DNA of 64,000 nucleotides, taken from contig OX597833.1 of assembly GCA_951406725.2 (NCBI GenBank), forward strand, positions 19,468,001-19,532,000, written 5' to 3'. Made by a program: the position numbers and the translations under genes. This document shows, piece by piece, positions 51,478 to 61,516 of this stretch. This stretch comes from Octopus vulgaris. Its lineage: Eukaryota. The number at the start of each line of letters is the position of its first letter. Position 1 is the first letter of the stretch. The notes below the pieces were generated by a model. That model was not told the DNA's origin. It worked only from the letters and a program-made list of their open reading frames with translations, and did no database searches.

Positions 51478-52123
51478 CGTTTTATGTGGCACCAGCACCA
51501 GTGCATTTTATGTGGCACCAGACCCAGTGCATTTTATGTGGAACCAGCACCACTGCATTTTATGTGGAACCAGCACCACTGCATTTTATGTGGCACCAGC
51601 ATCACTGCATTTTATGTGGAACCAGAACCAGTGCATTTTATGTGGCACCAGCATCACTGCATTTTATGTGGAACCAGCACCAGTGCATTTTATGTGGAAC
51701 CGGAGCCAGTGCATTTTATGTGGCACCAGCACCACTGCATTTTATGTGGAACCAGCACCAGTGCATTTTATGTGGAACCGGAGCCAGTGCATTTTATGTG
51801 GCACCAGCACCACTGCATTTTATGTGGAACCAGCACCAGTGCATTTTATGTGGAACCAGAACCAGTGCATTTTATGTGGCACCAGCACCACTGCATTTTA
51901 TGTGGAACCAGCACCAGTGCATTTTATGTGGAACCAGAACCAGTGCATTTTATGTGGCACCAGCACCACTGCATTTTATGTGGAACCAGCACCAGTGCAT
52001 TTTATGTGGAACCAGAACCAGTGCATTTTATGTGGCACCAGCACCACTGCATTTTATGTGGAACCAGCACCAGTGCATTTTATGTGGAACCGGAGCCAGT
52101 GCATTTTGTGTGGCACCAGCACC
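51478..52123 (+). repeat. 26-bp minisatellite (~25 units) with 78-bp higher-order periodicity
   Basis: Unit GCATTTTATGTGG(A/C)ACC(A/G)G(C/A)(A/G)CCA(C/G)T; three variants cycle A-B-C. Confidence 0.95.
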
Positions 52124-53440
52124 CACACCAATGCTTATTACAAAGCACATTAGTTTTAGGATCTCAATTCTGGAACTTATTTTAATGACCCCCCCCCCCC
52201 CCAACGGGATGAAAGGCAAAGCTAACCTCAGCAGCATTTGAACTCAGAACGTAAAGATGGTTGAATTGCTGCTAAGCATTTTTCCCAGTGTGCTAACAAT
52301 TCCGCCAGCTCTCCACCTTATTACAGTATGAGCAATATGTTACATAAATGACTATTTTAATTACATACTATTCCAATTGTGTATGATGTATTTTTAATCA
52401 ACTGAGTTGTTATTCACAACATCAGTGAATGTGTTATTCACGTTTTCCTGTATCAGAGATGACAAATTCTCATCCAGGCATTCAGCTGGTTGCTAGTTCA
52501 CATCATGGAAATGTTGCAAGTTCACATACAAACACACACACATCCTGTCACATTGTCAAGTCATCAGCAATGAAACTGACAAAACCCACCAAGCTTGCTT
52601 GGTGCGTAGAGTGGGTATTGGGCACCCTATGGGATAGAAAACAAGTTACATTAAAGAGCAGAGGAACACAAGAGTCATCAGCCATCCTATTCCTATATAT
52701 GCATCATTCGGACATGTAGTCATGGACAGGCTGTTCAATTTGCTTCTGGTTTGGTTCAGGTATGTGATGTTGATAAGCCGCAGAAATGGCAATACATTGA
52801 TATCCGTTGCTCCTGAATGGGACTTGGGGTGTGATGTTTTGCCTGTCTATGGCTTTTGAGTGTTTTAACACCAGGTGCTTTGAGAGAGTCAACATGTCAA
52901 ATCACAGCCAACCAGCAAACAAGCAAAGAACACACATTGTGTATTTCTGTTTGATAATATACAAACACACACACTCTCTCTCTCTTTCTTTCTCTCTCTC
53001 TCTCTCACACACACACATATTATATTCCTCCTGATTCATTTACAAAATAACTTACCTCCTACCAACATGGATTGAAAACTTTTTATGATAGCATGAAATT
53101 GTAATATTATCATCAATTTCTTTGTCATGATTAGCAAAAGTGAAACCTGTTGACTATGTAAATATTTTATCTCATTAAAAAGTGTGTGTTTGTGTGTGCA
53201 TGTTTGTGTGTGTGTGTGTGTGTATGCATGTGTGTGTGTGTGTGTGTGTTTGTGTGTGTGATACCAAATAACAGTTGACAGTAAAATAATTGGTAAAAGA
53301 TCTGAATGAAAGGCAATAAGATGGTACTCTCTAACTCTTTATTGTCATTGATGTGCACTAAATGGTACTATTGTCACAGTTGTACATTGAATTGCATTTT
53401 GTATATCTTTACTGTTTATCTTTTCTTTTTCTACTTTCAG

Positions 53441-53511
53441 TTGTGTGTAATGATTGGTTCTTACATTTTCAAGATACTCTCGCAAAAAATGCCAGTTGAG
53501 TCATTTATGAG
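53441..53511 (+). CDS. MFSD5: MFSD5-like exon 8 (gene continues; no further exon found in window)
   Basis: ctttcag acceptor. Encodes LCVMIGSYIFKILSQKMPVESFM(R). Donor gtaagt, phase 2. Cumulative CDS is 947 nt with no stop, so the C-terminal TMs must lie downstream. Confidence 0.9.
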
Positions 53512-53534
53512 GTAAGTTGGCATTACCATGGTTA

Positions 53535-53889
53535 TCTCTATATATATAAACGGCAAAATGTCTGCTTGTGTGTCCTTTATACAAATCCACAATTTTTCAG
53601 TTAGAGGGCTCGCACTTTCTATGGTCATTTAAAACCGTCCAAGAGTGGTCGTGCACATCTTTACATTTCCCCAGCAAAGCCATTAAAAAAATCAATAGAA
53701 GTGATTTTGGTGAATTTTCTATCCAAAACCCAATCAAAATGCCCAAAACTTGATACGCCAATTGAATACCAGCTAGCCGTATGTGATTGGTTGGAGATTT
53801 GGACAGTACACGCGTGTATGTGCGCACGCATGCAGCTGTATATGTATGCACTAGCACTATGACCCGGCAACACTGGGTCATAGTGCTAG
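53535..53889 (+). mobile_element. Non-autonomous Helitron
   Basis: A|TCTCTATATATATAAACGGC start. The 3' hairpin CTAGCACTATGACCCGG..CTGGGTCATAGTGCTAG ends CTAG|T. Confidence 0.82.
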
Positions 53890-54149
53890 TCTTCAATATT
53901 TATCTATAAGCATCTAGAGTTAATGAATCTCTGTCAGTTTCAACAATGAGCATTCTAATTGTTCAATCAACTGAGTGACCTCCTTGCTTGGTTATAGCCT
54001 CTGCACATTCCAATTGTTTGATCAACTGAACTACCTACTTATTTGATTATAGCCTCTGAGCTTGTTCGATCAACTGAACTATCTCCTTGCTTGATTATAG
54101 TTTAAGTGGTTTAGTATTCTATTCATCCATCCTTTTTTTTTCTGGCAAA

Positions 54150-54730
54150 TATTCTTGGGATGGCTACAGAGGTAGAGTCCTCAAATACCTCCTCCATAGG
54201 GGCCTATCATTACACTTTCCAGCTGGACTCCCAAGCATGACCATCTGAGACTATGCATGTTATCCAATCATCTCACTCTTGGTCAACCCCATGGTCTCCT
54301 GCCACTTGTCGAATCTATCATGTGATTCTTTCCTGCGACATTCTAATAATATGTCTGTAGTACCAACACTGTGACCTCCTGTTGCAGAGAAGTAACAGCT
54401 TGACCTAGAGAGACTCCCTGATCTCCTAGCTATTCACCCTGCTGAGTAATAATTCTTCACAGATCCCTCAAAGAAACCCCATATCAGCCATTTGATTCTG
54501 CAGTTTCTCTCTTTCTGTCTTCACCCAATATTCATACCCATAAGTGAGGATAAGCACAAAAACTGAATCGAGGATAACAAGTTCGGCTTTTTTACCAATC
54601 TCTCCTACTTTGAGGATCGAATGCTGTGCTAGTCTCTCCAATTCTAGCATCCAATTCAGAACCCTGCCTCCCATCACTTGTGAATATGAGGCTGAGATAT
54701 TTTCATATTTCACCCATAAATCTATCCATG
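54150..54730 (-). mobile_element. Degenerate RTE LINE fragment
   Basis: Encodes LILTYGYEYWV...Q.ADMGFL, an RTE RT C-terminal region. Confidence 0.7.
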
Positions 54731-55110
54731 ACGCTTTAGCATTTAAATTGGCCACATATGTTCCAAATATTTTTTCTACTCTAGGCACAAGGCCCAAAAT
54801 TTTTAGGGAGGGGCCAATCGATTAGATCGACCCCAGTATACAACAGGTACTTAATTCATTGGCCCCAAAAGGATGAAAGGCAAAGTCGACCTCAGTGGAA
54901 TTTGAACTCGGAACATAAAGACACACGTTTCTGCCAGCTCGCTGCCTTATATATTCCAAATATTGTACATGTTTCATGTTCAAACCAGCTAGATCCAGCC
55001 TCTCACGTCTACCCTATACAATGTTTTCTAAAACTAAACAATCGAATCATTAAAATCTTGAAGCTATGAGACAATGATTAATTCCAAATAATGGGTTTAA
55101 ATAAGCAATA

Positions 55111-55272
55111 GACGCAGGAGTGGCTGTGTGGTAAGTAGCTTGTTTACCAACCACATGGTTCCGGGTTCAGTCCCACTGCGTGGCATCTTGGGCAAGTGTC
55201 TTCTGCTATAGCCCCGGGCCGACCAATGCCTTGTGAGTGGATTTGGTAGACGGAAACTGAAAGAAGCCTGTC

Positions 55273-55305
<33 letters not shown>

Positions 55306-55528
55306 TGTGTGTGTATATGTTTGTGTGTCTGTGTTTGTCCTACCAACATCGCTTGACAACCGATGCTGGTGTGTTTACGTCCCCGTCACTTAGCGGTTCG
55401 GCAAAAGAGACCGATAGAATAAGTACTGGGCTTACAAAGAATAAGTCCCGGGGTCGATTTGCTCGACTAAAGGCGGTGCTCCAGCATGGCCGCAGTCAAA
55501 TGACTGAAACAAGTAAAAGAGTAAAAGA
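55111..55528 (+). mobile_element. Near full-length CORE-like SINE
   Basis: Near-identical to 6931-7346. Confidence 0.88.
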
Positions 55529-55824
55529 ATACATTTGACAGCGTAATGTGAATACTGAAGGGTTAAATGAAGATAAGGTGCAGTCCTGACTGTGTTATAA
55601 GAAGCTTGATTCCCAACCACATATATGTGTGTGTGTGTGTGTGTATGTATATGTATATATTCTTTTATTCATTTACTTGTTTCAGTCATTTGACAGCAGC
55701 CATGCTGGAGCATCACCTTAAAGGGTCTTTTAGTCAAAAAAAAAATCAACCCCAGGACTTATTCTATTGGTTTCTTTTGCCGAAGGGCTAAGTTAAAGGG
55801 ATGTAAACACTCCAGCATCGATTG

Positions 55825-57054
55825 TCAAGCAAATCAGACAAATCACAAATCCTTTCAGGTAGATGGCCCTGCTCAATATGTAGAAAAGGCATTGGTAGAA
55901 ACTCCATAAGATATAACTGGTGTAAGCTTTGGACACATAAAAGGTGCAGCAATATCAAAGGAAGGTTAACAGAGAAAATAGCTTTTGTATGTGGAAGATG
56001 CACAGGTACAATAAACACCAAAAATGTACATAAAATGGACTTCATCAACTGCCAGGGGGTTTAGCTAAAGATAGTAGATAGCTTCTGTTGTCTAGGTAAC
56101 CAAGTTAATAGTAGAGGTGGATGCTCTGAGAGCATAGCTGTGAGAATAAGATTAGGATGAGCAAAGTTCAGAGAGCTACTACCTCTGTTAGCAACAAAGG
56201 GCTTCTCTCTCAGAGTTGAAAGGTAGATTATATGATGCTTGTGTGCAAACAGCTATGCAACATGGTAGTGAAATATGGACTGTGGGAGCTGAGGACATGT
56301 TTAGGCTTGAAAGAAATGAAGTCAATATGCTTCATTGGATATGCATTGTCAGTGTGCATGTTCAACAGAGTGTAGGACATCTTGAGAGAAAAGTTAAGCA
56401 TGAGCGGCATCAGATGTGGTGTGCAAGAGAAACAACTATACTTATATGGTCATATGATGTGTATGGACGAGGATAGCTCTATAAAGAAGTGCCAGTCTCT
56501 AACTATTGGGGGAACCTGTGGAAGAGGTAGATCCAGGAAGATATGGGACGAAGTGGTGAAATATGATCTTCAAACAAGACTTTTGGCAATATGTTGTGCT
56601 TGAGAAAACTCGTCAAGCCAAGTGATATTATAGTCATGGCTGAAGCTGGTGTCATGTAACTGGCACCCATGCTGGTGGCACATAAAAAGCACCTTTCAAG
56701 TATTGGGCCTCACAGAGGCAGGGCGGCTGAGCTCCTTTCGAGTGTTGGGCATCATAGAAGCAATGACCAAGACCTTTGGCATTACATTGTGCTTGAGAAG
56801 AAGACCCATCAAAACAAGTAAAATCACAGTTGTGACAGATACTGGTGTCATACAAATGGCACTCGAGCTGGTGGCACGTAAAAGCACCCATTACTTTCGG
56901 AGTGGTTAGCATTAGGAAGAGCATCCAGTGGTAGAAACCTTGCCAAATCAGATTAGACTCTGATGCAGCCTTCCAGCTTGCCAGCCCTGGTCAAACTGTC
57001 AAACCCATGCCAGCATGGACCATGAATGTTAAATGAGGATGATGATGATGATGA

Positions 57055-57056
<2 letters not shown>
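55825..57056 (+). mobile_element. 3' fragment of the same RTE-type LINE
   Basis: Encodes GRWPCSICRKGIGRNSI, KGRLYDACV.TAM.HGSE.W and GRGRSRKIWDEVVK; same 3' UTR and (GAT)n tail. Confidence 0.88.
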
Positions 57057-57101
<45 letters not shown>

Positions 57102-57270
57102 AATTGAGATAGGGGTTGTAAATGCAACCCTCCATGGGATAACATATATCCAATATACTGCTAGTGAAGTACCCAACAAAGTTAATACATAAATGTTAAG
57201 GATTGCGATGCAATCAATTCATTTACTGTATTATATGGGCAAAGGTAAAATGATTTACCACAATTACTAA

Positions 57271-58116
57271 TACAAGATAAGAAAATGGAGAAATATATCT
57301 AAATCAAATATCAATTATCAGATAATACTCAATCACATACTTTATTAAACCACCACATAAGAGACTGTAGGGTTAAACATAAAAAAGCAGAACATATCAG
57401 TGTACATAAAGGAATGTACATAAAAAAGTGTACATAAAAGCGTAATGTTGTATAATAAGTAGAATATATATAAAAAAGAGAATATAAATATAAGTAAATA
57501 TAAATATAAGTATAGATTACATCTTACAGCTGTTTCGGCCATGTAGATAAGTATGTCTCATTTTACCAATATTAGCCTATTATGGTAGTCAATATATTAG
57601 TCAATATATGGATATAAATGAGTCATTTACAAAAGTATCATAAGGCCTCTTCGAAGATATACATATACATATGAGTGCATATACTCACACTCATATACAT
57701 GTAAAAATGTACATATACATAATAATGCAAATAAATAATATAAATTAGTAAACATATATATGTTCCACATCCAATGTTTCAGTTTTTCAACTTAATATTG
57801 TGATAATAAACATACACATATTAGTACCTAGATGCAAATATACATAGTCAATAGTACATTATATTGCTTCCTACTAATTTCAAAAGTGTCATTAAAGTTA
57901 GTTCTGCTTTTTTATGTTTAACCCTACAGTCTCTTATGTGGTGGTTTAATAAAGTATGTGATTGAGTATTATCTGATAATTGATATTTGATTTAGATGTA
58001 TTTCTCCATTTTCTTATCTTGTATATATATATATATATATATATATACAAGATAAGAAAATGGAGAAATACATCTAAATCAAATATCAATTATCAGATAA
58101 TACTCAATCACATACT
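57271..58116. repeat. Hammerhead-associated element tail present three times (direct, inverted, direct)
   Basis: tacaagataagaaaatggagaaat... occurs at 57271, inverted at 57901-58023, and again at ~58046-58116 around a (TA)n tract. Confidence 0.8.
57519..57660 (-). ncRNA. Degenerate or variant hammerhead motif
   Basis: On the - strand: ATATCT, TCGAAGA, GGCC...GGCC, GAAA, CAGCTG, TA, AGATGT. Palindromic helix III; core reads U3-C4 rather than C3-U4. Confidence 0.5.
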
Positions 58117-58126
58117 AAGTAAAACA

Positions 58127-58390
58127 ATTTAATGTTTCAGACAGCATCCTTCTCCAGGGAAATTATGACAAAAGTCCATCATATACATGCATACATACAT
58201 ACATACACATACATACATACATAGACATACATGTACATACATAGACATACATACACACACACACACACACATATATATATACATATATATATGTGTGTGT
58301 GTGTGTGTATGTGTGTATGTATGTATGCATGTATATGATGGACTTTTGTCATAATTTCCCTGGAGAAGGATGCTGTCTGAAACATTAAAT
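58127..58390. repeat. Foldback centred on a compound microsatellite
   Basis: tttaatgtttcagacagcatccttctccagggaaattatgacaaaagtccatc is mirrored at ~58336-58390, and (CATA)/(CA) is mirrored by (TG)/(TATG). Confidence 0.85.
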
Positions 58391-58500
58391 TTTCCACTCC
58401 ACACAGCATGTTCAATGCACACTTTTTACTGATTTCACTAAATAATACAAGTCTTATCAACACAAATTAACAACAGTCTCTTTGGATTCTGATTGATCAT

Positions 58501-58545
<45 letters not shown>

Positions 58546-58972
58546 TACACACAATGGGCTTCTAAACAGTTTTTGTCTACCACTTTCACTCACAAGCCAT
58601 CGATCAACCTGGAACTATAGTAGGAAACAACGCCCCTAGATGCCATGCTGTGGAAATGAACACAAAACCATGCACTTGTAAAGTGAGCTTCTAAACCATG
58701 CACCCACACTGCACCTACACATAAGAGAAAGAAAAAAACAGTATTGAAAAGGTGGTAAAGCTAAGATGGGTGTATACATTGCATTTTGCTGCAGAAGCAC
58801 GCATGCGCATTGGTGCAATGCAAAATAGTTGAGTTTTCTAAGCATGCTGCTAAGGGGTGGTTGAAAACGTCTAATCTATAATATTGACTTACAAATCGTT
58901 TCAATAGTATATTCATCATTGATCATCTGCTTGTACAATCCAATATTAAGCAGTATCTATCTGCAGAAACAT

Positions 58973-59012
<40 letters not shown>

Positions 59013-59107
59013 AAATGGAAAGATGAATTATCTTGTTAGGGATTATTCAAAAGTTTAACCGATACCTGGGTAGCAAAACGTAATTCTGACAACGTAATTC
59101 CTGGTTT

Positions 59108-59187
59108 TTCCTGAAGAGAAAGCTGCAATATGGTATCCTTATTTAATCAGAATTTGGAAAATTGTGGCCTTTGAAACATGTGTAGAA
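59108..59187 (+). ncRNA. Type I hammerhead ribozyme motif in a ~240-bp insert between (TA)n tracts
   Basis: TTC, CTGAAGA, GAAAGCTGCAAT...ATTGTGGCCTTT, GAAA, CATGTG, TA, GAA. Canonical core with GUA triplet. Confidence 0.72.
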
Positions 59188-59656
59188 TGTAATAAAAGGA
59201 ATTCTGTGCAATCTTCGTTCAACTCCATTTCTTCCAATCACTAATTATATATATATATATATATATATACTCTCTTACTTGTTTCAGTCATTTGACTGTG
59301 GCCATGCTGGAGCACCGCCTTTAGTTGAGCAAATCGACCCCATGACTTATTCTTTGTAAGCCTGGTATTTATTCTATTGGTCTCTTTTGCCAAACCGCTA
59401 AGTTACGGAGACGTAAACACACCAGCATCGGTTGTCAAGCGATGTTGGTAGGACAAACACTAACATACACACACATACATATATATACATATATACAATG
59501 GGCTTCTTTTAGTTTCCGTCTACCAAATCCACTCATAAGGCTTTGGTCAGCCCGAGGCTATAGTAGAAGACACTTGCCCAAGGTGCCATGCAGTGGGACT
59601 GAACCCAGAACCATGTAGTTGGTAAGCAAGCTGTTTACCACACAGCCACTCCTATG

Positions 59657-59710
<54 letters not shown>

Positions 59711-59850
59711 TAGATATATAGATATATATATATGGTTTAAGTAATTGAGATTCAAGTGAGTTCTAATGAATTCACATGAATATGGTCCTTAACTAGGATG
59801 CACTGGAAATCTATATGGTGTTAACCATACGACAAGTGGGGTGATTACAA

Positions 59851-60076
59851 ATAGGAAAAAAGCAACAAGAATGGATCAAAATATCAGTACAATTGTTTCG
59901 TACGAGGACATCTTTAATAAGTTACAAAAATTGCAGTAAATATAGGTGGCTCGTACTCATGAGTACGGCTGATGAGTACGAGCCACCTATATTTATTGCA
60001 ATTTTTGTAGCTTATTAAAGATGTCCTCGTACAAAACAATTGTACCGATATTTTGATCCATTCTTGTTGCTTTTTT

Positions 60077-60081
<5 letters not shown>
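59851..60081. repeat. Foldback (~110-bp arms) containing a hammerhead
   Basis: ataggaaaaaagcaacaagaatggatcaaaatatc... is mirrored to ...ttcttgttgcttttttcctat. The left arm extends to ~59733, with (TA)n on both sides. Confidence 0.9.
59966..60047 (+). ncRNA. Type I hammerhead motif (G12A in this copy) in a foldback
   Basis: CGG, CTGATGA, GTACGAG...CTCGTAC, AAAA, CAATTG, TA, CCG. The inverted arm has GAAA but is truncated in the CUGA core. Confidence 0.68.
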
Positions 60082-60116
<35 letters not shown>

Positions 60117-60341
60117 CAGGGTGAGTCAAAAGTAGTGCCCAATTCCTGTTTTAGGGTTGATACGTATAACTTCCTAATTGGGAAATACTTTGACTTCTTG
60201 TTCTATGAGTTTGGGATATCAAAGAGTATTAACATGGTACATGATCGAGACTTAGAAAATTCCAAAAACTGTCAGTAATAACATGGAAGACAACAAAGGC
60301 ATAACTTCCCAGAAATTGGCCACTACTTTTGACTCACCCTG
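60117..60341. mobile_element. Tc1/mariner-type MITE
   Basis: TIRs CAGGGTGAGTCAAAAGTAGTG.CCAATT / AATTGG.CACTACTTTTGACTCACCCTG. Confidence 0.85.
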
Positions 60342-60468
60342 CATGCATGCATGCATGCATGCATGTATGTATGTATGTATGTATGTATGTATGTATGTAT
60401 GTATGTATGTACATATGTATGTATGTATGTATGTATGGATGGATGGATAGATGGATGGATGGATGGAT

Positions 60469-60511
<43 letters not shown>

Positions 60512-60966
60512 GATGGATGGATGGATGGATGTATTCATGTATGTATGTATGTATGGATGGATGGATGGATGGATGGATGCATTCATGTATGTATGTATGT
60601 ATGGATGGATGCATGCATGCATTCATGTATGGATGGATGGATGGATGTATTCATGTATGTATGTATGTATGTATGTATGGATGGATGGATGGATTCATGT
60701 GTATGTATGTATGTATGGATGGATGCATGCATGCATTCATGTATGGATGGATGGATGGATGTATTCATGTATGTATGTATGGATGGATGGATGGATGCAT
60801 GCATGCATTCATGTATGTATGTATGTATGGATTGATGGATGGATGGATGCATTCATGTATATATGTATGGATGGATGGATGGATGGATGCATTCATGTAT
60901 ATATGTATGGATGGATGGATGGATGGATGCATTCATGTATTTATGTATGTATGTATGTATGTATGT
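60341..60966 (+). repeat. Compound tetranucleotide satellite (ATGC/ATGT/ATGG)
   Basis: Visible by inspection; explains the long 'MDGW/MYVC' ORFs. Confidence 0.95.
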
Positions 60967-61516
60967 CATTATTCAGTTTTATCTCAAGATTGCTTGCCAA
61001 TAGGAAAAGAGCTGGTTTCTAACCTAAATCCAAGGCTCCTTTCATTGGAACTTCAACATCAACAACAGGGTACTTTTGTTTGTATATAAGTAGGCAAGTA
61101 ACCACATACATACGTACATACATACATTTATTGATTAGTTAGTCTCCATCACGACTACCACCACCAAGAATAAAAAGCACACTCTAAAAAATATCTTTCA
61201 GCAGCAGTAATATTCTATGGAGCCATTGGGTATGGGCAGATAATGTCACTGGTTATTATACGTGTGTACTGTGTGCGTTTTAAAATTATCTATATTCACA
61301 TTATTGATTGTTAACTGTTCTCAGTAGCATTAGTTGCAATAGTTAGATGTTCTAAGTAAAAAAATTGACATCAAAAGAAAAAGTCGGCTTTGTAAGTATA
61401 AACCGTATTCATCCTTAATAAGTGAATGAATAATAGATAACTGTAAGATATTGGTTCTTTACAATACAATCCACCCATAACTGGTGGCTACATAAAAATA
61501 TTACTGCTCAAATATA

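Noticed and set aside
51421-52241. Three overlapping 213-272 aa ORFs; also resemblance to a CRISPR array
   Set aside because: Produced by a stop-free 26-bp minisatellite. There are no unique spacers or cas genes, and the context is eukaryotic.
60252-61089. Long MDGW/MYVC ORFs
   Set aside because: Translations of a tetranucleotide satellite.
61195-61285. Possible MFSD5 exon 9 after tctttcag
   Set aside because: The phase-2 continuation gives a peptide with no similarity to MFS TM9-12 and an early stop.
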